DNA of 64,000 nucleotides from an uncultured Clostridium sp. (GTDB lineage Bacteria > Bacillota_I > Bacilli_A > RF39 > UBA660): contig CAMIWC010000004.1 of assembly GCA_946402315.1 (NCBI GenBank), positions 17,509-81,508 on the forward strand, written 5' to 3'. Shown here in pieces: positions 36,974 to 44,581 of the stretch. The translations under genes were made by a program, and so were the position numbers. Every line of letters starts with the position of its first letter. The first letter of the stretch is position 1. The notes under the pieces were generated by a model, which did no database searches, was not told the DNA's origin, and saw only the letters and a list, made by a program, of their open reading frames with translations.

Positions 36974-39100
36974 ATGATGAATTTATTAGAATATTCAGAA
37001 GATGTTAACAAAAGTTTAGAAGAAATAATGGAGTTATGTGATAAGTTAGAAATTGCTTATGATGATGAAAACTCTATGCTTACTGAAGATGATATCATCA
37101 TTTTAGATAATGAAATTCAAGACATGGAAGATTACGTAGTTTCAGATGAAGAAACTGAATCAGAAGAAGCTCTTGATGAAGCCGTAGAAGATCTTATTAC
37201 TACAAATAATATTAAAATAGATAATGAAAGTAATATAGAGAAATTAAAATCTAAAAAAGATAGAGTAGAAAGTACTCAAAATAATAATTTCAAAAAAGAA
37301 AGAAAAAATATCTATAAACATCGTGATAAATTACAATCTAATGAAGATGAAACTTTAAAAGAAAAGATTATCTACAAAGAAGATATGACAGTAGCAGAAC
37401 TTGCTAACGAATTAAAGGTTTCTAGTGTAGAGCTAATTAAGAAACTAATGAAATTAGGAGTAATGGCTAATGTAAATTATCCTTTATCTTTTGAAGTAGC
37501 AGAACTTCTTGTAATTGATTATGGTAAAGAAGTTACTAGAGAAGAAAATGCAGATATTTCTAACTTTGAAAATTATGAAATACATGAAAAAGATAAAGAC
37601 TTAATAGATAGACCGCCAGTAGTAACCATAATGGGACATGTAGACCATGGTAAAACATCACTACTTGATGCAATTAGAAAAACAGATGTAGTCAGTGGTG
37701 AAGCTGGAGGTATTACTCAAGCAATAGGTGCTTATCAAGTAGAATTAGATGGTAAAAAGATTACATTTATAGATACTCCAGGACATGAAGCATTTACTGA
37801 GATGAGAGCTAGAGGTGCTAGTGTTACTGATGTGGTTGTAATAATTGTTGCTGCAGATGACGGGGTTAAACCTCAAACTAAAGAAGCAATTGACCATGCT
37901 AGAGCTGCTAAAGTACCTATAATTGTAGCAATTAATAAAATAGATAAACCAGAAGCAGATGTTAATCGAATTATGACTGAACTTACTGAATATGGATTAA
38001 CTCCTGAAGAATGGGGTGGAGATATTGTTACTAATAAAATATCTGCTAAGACTCATGAAGGAATTAAGGAACTTCTAGAAAGTATAATCCTAGTAAGTGA
38101 AATGGCTGAATTAAAAGCTAACCCAAATAGATATGCAATGGGTACAGTAATTGAGTCAAGATTAGATAAAAAAGTCGGTACAATTGCAACACTTCTTGTT
38201 CAAAACGGAACTTTAAGACTAGGGGACCCAATAGTAGTTGGTACATCTTTTGGTAAAGTAAGAACTTTAAAGAATGATAAAGGACAAGATATTATATCAG
38301 CTCTACCTTCTACTCCTGTAGAAATAACTGGACTTAATGAAGTACCATCTGCTGGAGATAAGTTCATGTCTTTTGAAACTGAAAAACAAGCTAAAGCTAT
38401 AGCTGAACAAAGAAAAGAAAGAGCTAAAGCTGCTGATACTAATAAGAGTGGTATGACTTTAGAAGATTTATTTGGAGCTATCCAAGAAGGAAAGAAAGAA
38501 ATTAATGTTGTACTTAAAACAGATGTTAATGGTTCATTAGAAGCTATTAAACAAAGTTTATCTAAGATAGATGTAGAAGGAGTTAAAGTAAATATTGTTT
38601 TAGGTGGAGTAGGTACTATTACTGAAAGTGATATTACTTTAGCTAATGCAAGTGATGCTATTATCTTAGGATTTAATGTAAGACCTAGTGGTAATATTAT
38701 TGATCTTGCTAAGAATTACAATGTTGATATACGTTTATATGATATTATTTACAAAATGATTGAAGATATTGAAAATTCAATGAAAGGATTACTAGATCCA
38801 GTATTTGAAGAAGAAATAATTGGTCATGCTGAAATAAGACAAATATTTAAATTCTCTAAGATTGGTAATATTGCAGGATGTCATGTTACTGATGGTTTAA
38901 TTAAAAATAACTATAATGCAAGATTAATTAGAGATGGTATTGTTATATACACAGGAAAGATTAAATCAATTCAACACGAAAAAGATCAAGTTAAAGAAAT
39001 AAAGAAAGATATGGATTGTGGAATTACTTTAGAGAACTTCCAAGATATCAAAGAACTTGATGTAATAGAGTGTTATGAACTTAAAGAGATTAAAAGATAA
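36974..39100 (+). CDS. infB: Translation initiation factor IF-2
   Basis: It has the GTPase motifs [14 protein letters not shown] and NKID, and it lies in the nusA-infB-rbfA operon. Confidence 0.95.
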   Translation: MMNLLEYSEDVNKSLEEIMELCDKLEIAYDDENSMLTEDDIIILDNEIQDMEDYVVSDEETESEEALDEAVEDLITTNNIKIDNESNIEKLKSKKDRVESTQNNNFKKERKNIYKHRDKLQSNEDETLKEKIIYKEDMTVAELANELKVSSVELIKKLMKLGVMANVNYPLSFEVAELLVIDYGKEVTREENADISNFENYEIHEKDKDLIDRPPVVTIMGHVDHGKTSLLDAIRKTDVVSGEAGGITQAIGAYQVELDGKKITFIDTPGHEAFTEMRARGASVTDVVVIIVAADDGVKPQTKEAIDHARAAKVPIIVAINKIDKPEADVNRIMTELTEYGLTPEEWGGDIVTNKISAKTHEGIKELLESIILVSEMAELKANPNRYAMGTVIESRLDKKVGTIATLLVQNGTLRLGDPIVVGTSFGKVRTLKNDKGQDIISALPSTPVEITGLNEVPSAGDKFMSFETEKQAKAIAEQRKERAKAADTNKSGMTLEDLFGAIQEGKKEINVVLKTDVNGSLEAIKQSLSKIDVEGVKVNIVLGGVGTITESDITLANASDAIILGFNVRPSGNIIDLAKNYNVDIRLYDIIYKMIEDIENSMKGLLDPVFEEEIIGHAEIRQIFKFSKIGNIAGCHVTDGLIKNNYNARLIRDGIVIYTGKIKSIQHEKDQVKEIKKDMDCGITLENFQDIKELDVIECYELKEIKR

Positions 39101-39435
39101 TGAGTTTAAGAATAGATAGATATAACAGTACTTTTCAAAAAGTAATTAGTCAGATACTTATGGAAACAAAGAATCAAAAACTTAAATCTGTTGTTTTAAC
39201 AGGAGTTGAAATAACTAATGATTTAAGTTATGCCAAAGTATATTATACAGTTTTAGATAATGTAGATAAAAAAGAAATAAAAGATTCTTTAGAAAGAAAT
39301 AAATCTTTCATAAGAGGACAAATCAGTAAAAGAGTAGATATTAGACATACTCCTGAATTAAGATTTTACTATGATGAATCCATAGAATATGGGGAAAAAA
39401 TAGAAAAATTGATAACTGATATTAACACAAAGTAG
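39100..39435 (+). CDS. rbfA: Ribosome-binding factor A
   Basis: It has the expected size and position, the motif VDIRHTPELRFYYDES, and an ATGA overlap with the infB stop. Confidence 0.9.
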   Translation: MSLRIDRYNSTFQKVISQILMETKNQKLKSVVLTGVEITNDLSYAKVYYTVLDNVDKKEIKDSLERNKSFIRGQISKRVDIRHTPELRFYYDESIEYGEKIEKLITDINTK

Positions 39436-39456
39436 TGTCAAGCACTACTTTTTTTA
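39431..39456 (+). terminator. Rho-independent terminator of the nusA-infB-rbfA operon
   Basis: The stem is AGTAGTG / CACTACT and is followed by a T-run. Confidence 0.75.
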
Positions 39457-39489
39457 TTTTTCAGGTCTTGTTTTTGTGGTATAATAAAA

Positions 39490-39698
39490 TTGTCTAAAGG
39501 AAAGGATGTTTTCTTTTAAAACCGACTAAGTTTACGATAAGGGAGTTCGGATCATTAACCGGTGTTGAATGCCATTAATCTTGGAATCCTAAAGGTTAAG
39601 TATGGACACCCACCTGCTTGATTAGGGGCGGGTTTTATCGCTAAACATTCTTCTTCTAGACAATTGTTAAAAAAAAGAAGAGCAAGTGCTCTTCTTTT
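39490..39698 (+). ncRNA. Structured intergenic ncRNA candidate, possibly 6S RNA (SsrS-like)
   Basis: It has its own extended -10 promoter (TGgTATAAT, 39477-39485). A ~21-bp closing helix forms between 39490-39511 (TTGTCTAAAGGAAAGGATGTTT) and 39643-39663 (AAACATTCTTCTTCTAGACAA). Inner pairing AAAACCG/CGGGTTTT is possible. The region is locally GC-enriched. A terminator follows at 39675-39698. No ORF is present. Confidence 0.45.
39675..39698. terminator. Bidirectional rho-independent terminator shared by the ncRNA candidate (+) and lexA (-)
   Basis: The stem AAGAAGAGCA / TGCTCTTCTT is flanked by an A-run on one side and a T-run on the other. Confidence 0.7.
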
Positions 39699-39704
39699 AC
39701 TTTG

Positions 39705-40322
39705 TTAAAATTTTCTGTATAATCCAACTACTTTACCAAGAATAGATACTTTATCTAAAATAATAGGACTCATAGTATCATTTTCTGGTTGTAATCTAAA
39801 ATGTCCATTTTCTTTATAGAACGTCTTAACTGTAACTTCATTGTTATCAGTCATTGCAACTATCTTTTCTCCGTTTAAAGCAGTATTTTGTCTTTCTACA
39901 ATAATTATATCTCCATCATAGATACCAGCATTAATCATTGATTCTCCATTAACAAGTAGAGTAAATATTTCTTTCTTACCATTTATTAATGTAGTAGGAA
40001 GAGAAAAATACTCATTAGGAGTTTCAATTGCTTCAATAGGATTCCCAGCTGTAACTTTTCCTAGTAAAGGTACATTTACAACATCTTCATTCTTTTCTTC
40101 AAATTCATTTTCTACAAGAAGTTCTAGAGTTCTATTTTTACTATTATTTTTTCTTATATATCCTTTTTCTTCTAGCTTATTTAAATGAAATTGAGTAGTT
40201 GCAGGAGAAGATAAATCTAAAGCAGAACCTATTTCTCTAACAGTAGGTGGATATCCATGAGAAGCCATAAATTTTTTAATAACTTCTAGTATGTCATTTT
40301 GTCGTTTTGTTAACTTTTCCAT
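39705..40322 (-). CDS. lexA: LexA repressor
   Basis: It has a winged-HTH N-terminus (LTKRQNDILEVIKKFMASHGYPPTVREI), an Ala-Gly cleavage site (KVTAGNP), and the Ser (GESM) and Lys (VTVKTF) of the S24 peptidase dyad. The start is set at 40322 because the predicted promoter (-10 at 40344-40349) lies inside the longer ORF-track version. Confidence 0.9.
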   Translation of the reverse strand: MEKLTKRQNDILEVIKKFMASHGYPPTVREIGSALDLSSPATTQFHLNKLEEKGYIRKNNSKNRTLELLVENEFEEKNEDVVNVPLLGKVTAGNPIEAIETPNEYFSLPTTLINGKKEIFTLLVNGESMINAGIYDGDIIIVERQNTALNGEKIVAMTDNNEVTVKTFYKENGHFRLQPENDTMSPIILDKVSILGKVVGLYRKF

Positions 40323-40353
40323 AACATCACTCCATTCATCTATATGATACAAC

Positions 40354-40382
40354 AAACGTATGTTTTTGTCAAACAACTGTTC
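40354..40382. promoter_or_regulatory. Two SOS-box-like palindromes in the lexA promoter
   Basis: AAACGTATGTTT (40354-40365) and AAACAACTGTTC (40371-40382) are variants of the Gram-positive LexA box GAAC-N4-GTTC. Box 1 sits in the 17-nt spacer of the minus-strand promoter (TTGACA at 40367-40372, TATCAT at 40344-40349). Box 2 overlaps the -35 element. Confidence 0.6.
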
Positions 40383-40471
40383 AATTATAAAAAGAGTTGA
40401 CTTTTATAACAGTTTTTGTTATTATAACCTCTTAACGAAAATTAGTAGTTAAGAGTTTGGGGGAGATTTCT

Positions 40472-41308
40472 ATGAGTATGGCAACACTTGTTTACTCTCT
40501 AGGGGATCCAATGAATGAAGAAATTCTACTTACTGGATCACTTAGACAAATCGATAATGATACTCGATTATATGCAGATGAAGTAGAAATGAAAAATAGT
40601 CCTGAGTTCAATTATAGAATACAAACATATCTAGAAAGAACATTAGGAATTGATAATGCTAATCCAAATAAACAAGGAAGATTTATATTGTATTTCATCG
40701 AGAATAACGCAAGTAGAGAACAATTATCAATATTATATGATGACCAAAAACCAGTGATTACTAAATTAAATAATATGTATGGAGATAATAGTACTACTGA
40801 TATAGAAAGAGCTAGAAAACTATTATTCTCAAGCAAAGGGAAGTTGTTCGTAAGACAAGTAATGAAAGAAGATTGGTTTAGAGATACAACTGGATGCTTA
40901 GTTAAATTAAAACAATTTGAAGCAAAAGAATTAGTGAGTGCTGGATATAAACCATTATTTAAAGATGGTGATTATTACTTGACTATAGAAGATATCTTAG
41001 ATTATTCTTCTAAAAAAGAAAAACTAGGATTTATGAGAGATCTAGTAGAAGATACTCTTGAAATATGGAAAGGTAAATTAGAAGAACAAGATGAAGATAT
41101 TCTATATTATTACTCAAGAAACTTAAGAATGAGTATTAATAAATATTATAAATCAATAAATGGTCCAAAAGCTGTTGTAAACTTCATGCCAGAAGTAAAT
41201 ACATTAGCTAACGTCATATATATAGGAGGAAAAGTAAATCGTAGAAGAAAAGGTTACTACATTTCTCCTAGAAGTAGTAAAGTAAAGAAAATGGATACTG
41301 CTGCATAG
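40472..41308 (+). CDS. Hypothetical cytoplasmic protein (278 aa), divergent from lexA
   Basis: It has a GGGGGAG SD and its own promoter (TTGACT 40397-40402, 17 nt, TATTAT 40420-40425). I recognised no family. Confidence 0.6.
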   Translation: MSMATLVYSLGDPMNEEILLTGSLRQIDNDTRLYADEVEMKNSPEFNYRIQTYLERTLGIDNANPNKQGRFILYFIENNASREQLSILYDDQKPVITKLNNMYGDNSTTDIERARKLLFSSKGKLFVRQVMKEDWFRDTTGCLVKLKQFEAKELVSAGYKPLFKDGDYYLTIEDILDYSSKKEKLGFMRDLVEDTLEIWKGKLEEQDEDILYYYSRNLRMSINKYYKSINGPKAVVNFMPEVNTLANVIYIGGKVNRRRKGYYISPRSSKVKKMDTAA

Positions 41309-41387
41309 TATCCTTTTTATTTTGCAAAAGAGGTGTTATAATTAAAACTAGAGAGATAGTAAATCTCAATAGAAAGAAGGATAAAAT

Positions 41388-42053
41388 ATGAATGAAAATA
41401 TGACACCAAACATGAATCAACCAGAACCGGTAGCAGTACCAACTACACAACCACCAAAGAAAAATACCTCAGTTGTTATTATCTTATTGATTATTGTATT
41501 ATGTGCTGCAGCAGCAGGAGGAATCTGGTATTTAGGAAATAATAAAGCAAAGGATAAGGAAAAAGAAGAACCAACACCTACAACACCAGCAAATCCAACA
41601 AACCCAACAGATCCAACTACACCTACTGACCCAACGACTCCAACTGATCCTACAACTCCTACAGATCCAACTACACCAACAGATCCAGCTACTCCAACAC
41701 CATCTGGAACTAAAACATTATCTTGTACACAAGAACTTGGAGAATACAAATCAGTTACAGAATATGTATTTACTAATAGTGTATTATCCGTAATTAGAAT
41801 TAGTGTAGTATGGAATTTCTCTAATTTAGATGATAATACTATTCAAACTTATAAAACATTAGATATGTGTTCTTCAATGGGAAATCCATCTGAGGGAGAA
41901 GAATATACACTTAAAAATTGTAAAGCAACATGGTCTGGAAAAATTTTAACTATATCTTATGATATGGAAATTCCTGATGAATATAAAGTTGTTACAATTG
42001 ATGCGTTACAAACAGAATTAACTTCTGGTGATCAAACTTGTACAATAAAATAA
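41388..42053 (+). CDS. Membrane-anchored exported protein with a PTDPTT repeat linker and a Cys-containing C-terminal domain
   Basis: An N-terminal TM helix (VVIILLIIVLCAAAAGGIWYL) is followed by five PTDPTT units and then a globular domain with 4 Cys. A terminator lies at 42053-42077. Confidence 0.65.
   Translation: MNENMTPNMNQPEPVAVPTTQPPKKNTSVVIILLIIVLCAAAAGGIWYLGNNKAKDKEKEEPTPTTPANPTNPTDPTTPTDPTTPTDPTTPTDPTTPTDPATPTPSGTKTLSCTQELGEYKSVTEYVFTNSVLSVIRISVVWNFSNLDDNTIQTYKTLDMCSSMGNPSEGEEYTLKNCKATWSGKILTISYDMEIPDEYKVVTIDALQTELTSGDQTCTIK
41604..41693 (+). repeat. Five tandem 18-bp coding repeats (PTDPTT) with synonymous differences between units
   Basis: The units are ccaacagatccaactaca / cctactgacccaacgact / ccaactgatcctacaact / cctacagatccaactaca / ccaacagatccagctact. 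Confidence 0.85.
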
Positions 42054-42115
42054 AGTACGTATTAACGTACTTTTTTATTTGACCTTTTTTGATATAATTA
42101 AATAGAGGGTAAAAT

Positions 42116-43054
42116 ATGGAAGACTTTAATGAAGAATTAGAAAAATTATTAAATGATTTAGAAGACGTAAATGGTAAAAAAGAATTGTCTGAATATTTAA
42201 AATATCTTAAATATCAAAAAAATTATTCTGATTATACTATTATTAATTATGGTGATGATATAAAAGAATATTTATTATTTTTACATGAAAAGAACATTAA
42301 TCTTTATAAGATTACCTATGAAGAAATAAGATTATATCAAATAAATCTAAATGATAAAAAAGATATTAATTCTACTATATCTAGAAAGATAAGTGCCTTA
42401 AGAGGTTTTTATAAATACTTAGAAAATGAACATAAAATGGAAAATAATCCTTTTTCATTAATTAATCTTCCTAAGAAAGATAAAAAACTACCTAGATTTT
42501 TCTATTACAATGAATTAGAAGAATTATTTAATACACCTAAACTTAATACTGCGACTGGTCAAAGAGATAGATTAATATTAGAAATGTTATACGCTACAGG
42601 AGTACGTGTAAGTGAACTTGTTAATATAAAAGTATCGGACATAGGAGATCATACTATTAAGATTCTTGGTAAAGGTAATAAAGAAAGAATAGTAAGATAT
42701 GGAGACTATTGTGAAGAAATATTAAATATGTATTTAGGAGATGGACATTATAAATTAAATTCATCTAGTGAATATTTGTTTTTAAATAATAGAGGAGGAC
42801 AACTTACAGATAGAGGAGTAAGATTTATTCTTGATAAGATTATAGAAAAGACTACTATTGAGAAAAAGATTTCTCCACATATGTTAAGACATAGTTTCGC
42901 AACTCACTTACTTAATGAAGGATGCGATATTTTAACAGTGCAAGAACTACTTGGGCATGAGAGTTTAAGTGCTACTGCAATATATACTCATGTTACGAAT
43001 GATAGATTAAAAGAAGTATATTTTAAAACTCATCCTAGAGCTAAGAAAAAGTAG
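42116..43054 (+). CDS. XerC/XerD-family tyrosine recombinase
   Basis: It has an N-terminal SAM-like core-binding domain and the catalytic residues in ATGVRVSEL, HMLRHSFATHL and LGHESLSATAIYTHV. Confidence 0.85.
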   Translation: MEDFNEELEKLLNDLEDVNGKKELSEYLKYLKYQKNYSDYTIINYGDDIKEYLLFLHEKNINLYKITYEEIRLYQINLNDKKDINSTISRKISALRGFYKYLENEHKMENNPFSLINLPKKDKKLPRFFYYNELEELFNTPKLNTATGQRDRLILEMLYATGVRVSELVNIKVSDIGDHTIKILGKGNKERIVRYGDYCEEILNMYLGDGHYKLNSSSEYLFLNNRGGQLTDRGVRFILDKIIEKTTIEKKISPHMLRHSFATHLLNEGCDILTVQELLGHESLSATAIYTHVTNDRLKEVYFKTHPRAKKK

Positions 43055-43092
43055 TATAATAAAATTAGAATAGAATAAAAGGAATGAATAGT

Positions 43093-44559
43093 ATGGCTCA
43101 AACTAAAAAGAATAATAGTAAAAAGAAAAAGATTAACAGTACTAAAAAAACAGTTAAGAAGACTAATATTAAGAAAAAAGTAGAGAAAAGAGGTTTTACT
43201 TTAATAGAACTTCTTGCAGTTATAGTAATTCTTGGCCTTTTAATGGCGATTGCTCTTCCAGCAGTTACAAGATATATTACACAATCTAGAAAAAAGACTT
43301 TAATGAAGACAATAGATAACTTTATAACTTCTGCTATGACTAGTACAAATGATAATGATTTTGGTTCTATGTCTGATCCTAATAAAATATTTTATATACC
43401 AGTACATAATGAAAAAGATAAGTCATGTGTTGAATTAGAAAAGGGTGGAAAAGATCCATTTGGTAATTGGAAAGAAGCGTATGTAGTAGTAGCTTATAAT
43501 CCTGATGAATATAAGTATGAATACTATTTTACTTTTTATGATGATTCTGGTTACGGAATGGAGTTAACAAAATTAAATGATATTAAAATGTCTAGTATAA
43601 CTAATCCAACTAGTATGAAAGAAGATAATATAACTGGACAAACAATTAATGGTAGAGAGATAAATCTTTTAACTGAAAGTTGTAATGCCAGAGATGCAAT
43701 AGTAATTGGCTCAAATGCACCTATATCAGAAAGAATATATTGGGCACTTCAAGACAATGATGCCAATGGTACGGATGAAACATTAGTATTTTCAAAATAT
43801 TCTGTTAACGGTACACATAGTGGAGATTTTGCAGGTTCAACGATATTTGGTAATTATAGTAATGTTCCATGGATAAATGGTAGTATATCTTCTAATTTAA
43901 GTAAAGATGTTACAAAAGTTAAAGTACAAAGCAGAATATCTCCAAGAAATATGAGTTTCTGGTTTTATGGAGTAGGATATAATGCGGAGTCATTCTATGC
44001 TGATTTAAGAAATATAGATGTTTCTAATGTAACTGCGATGGGAAGTATTTTTAATAGTGCAGGATATAATGCTAAAACTTTTTATTTAAATGTTAATAAT
44101 TGGAATACTTCAAAATCAACCAGTTTTGGATCAGCATTTACAAATGCTGGATTAAGATCTCAGTCATTTAGAATTGTTGGATTAAGTAAATGGAATACAT
44201 CTAGTGCAACATCTTTTACATATATGTTTACTAATGCTGGAAATGTTGCCACAACCTGGGATATTGGAGACATAAGTCAATGGGATACATCTAAGGTAAC
44301 TAATATGTATAATATGTTTAGTTGTACCGGGCAAAATGCTTCAACATATAAGTTGGACTTAAGTGGTTGGGATACTTCTAAAGTAACAAATATGACTACA
44401 ATGCTTAATAATGCTGGTACAAGAGCAACTAATTGGGAAATTAAAATACCAAAAACAAATGGAAATGGTATTAATAATACAACAACTGCAATGTATGGAA
44501 GTACTACATCTGTTGTAGCTGTTCCTAATGCAGGAAGAAGTTTTACAATAGCAGAATAA
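43093..44559 (+). CDS. Pilin-like protein with a 34-aa Lys-rich leader and a C-terminal DUF285/BspA-type repeat domain (5 repeats)
   Basis: It carries KRGFTLIELLAVIVILGLLMAIALPA and the same head as 33144/34247 (NDNDFGSMSD...YYFTFYDDSGYGMELTK), followed by repeats W(N/D)TSKVTNMxxMF. The start is set at 43093 (MAQTKK), homologous to the start of the next gene. Confidence 0.8.
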   Translation: MAQTKKNNSKKKKINSTKKTVKKTNIKKKVEKRGFTLIELLAVIVILGLLMAIALPAVTRYITQSRKKTLMKTIDNFITSAMTSTNDNDFGSMSDPNKIFYIPVHNEKDKSCVELEKGGKDPFGNWKEAYVVVAYNPDEYKYEYYFTFYDDSGYGMELTKLNDIKMSSITNPTSMKEDNITGQTINGREINLLTESCNARDAIVIGSNAPISERIYWALQDNDANGTDETLVFSKYSVNGTHSGDFAGSTIFGNYSNVPWINGSISSNLSKDVTKVKVQSRISPRNMSFWFYGVGYNAESFYADLRNIDVSNVTAMGSIFNSAGYNAKTFYLNVNNWNTSKSTSFGSAFTNAGLRSQSFRIVGLSKWNTSSATSFTYMFTNAGNVATTWDIGDISQWDTSKVTNMYNMFSCTGQNASTYKLDLSGWDTSKVTNMTTMLNNAGTRATNWEIKIPKTNGNGINNTTTAMYGSTTSVVAVPNAGRSFTIAE

Positions 44560-44581
44560 TTATATAAAAGAGATGAATAAT

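Noticed and set aside
39490-39663. The intergenic structured RNA read as SRP RNA, tmRNA, RNase P RNA or a riboswitch.
   Set aside because: It lacks the SRP domain IV motif (GGAAGCAGC-like), the tRNA-like CCA end and tag ORF of tmRNA, and the RNase P GAGGAAAGUCC core. It is too short for RNase P or tmRNA. It is followed by a terminator and a convergent gene rather than a regulated downstream ORF, so a riboswitch is unlikely.
42116-43054. The tyrosine recombinase read as a prophage or ICE integrase marking a mobile element.
   Set aside because: The sequence and length fit XerC/XerD rather than phage integrases. No adjacent tRNA, att-like direct repeats, excisionase, or phage/conjugation genes are present, and I saw no compositional break by eye.
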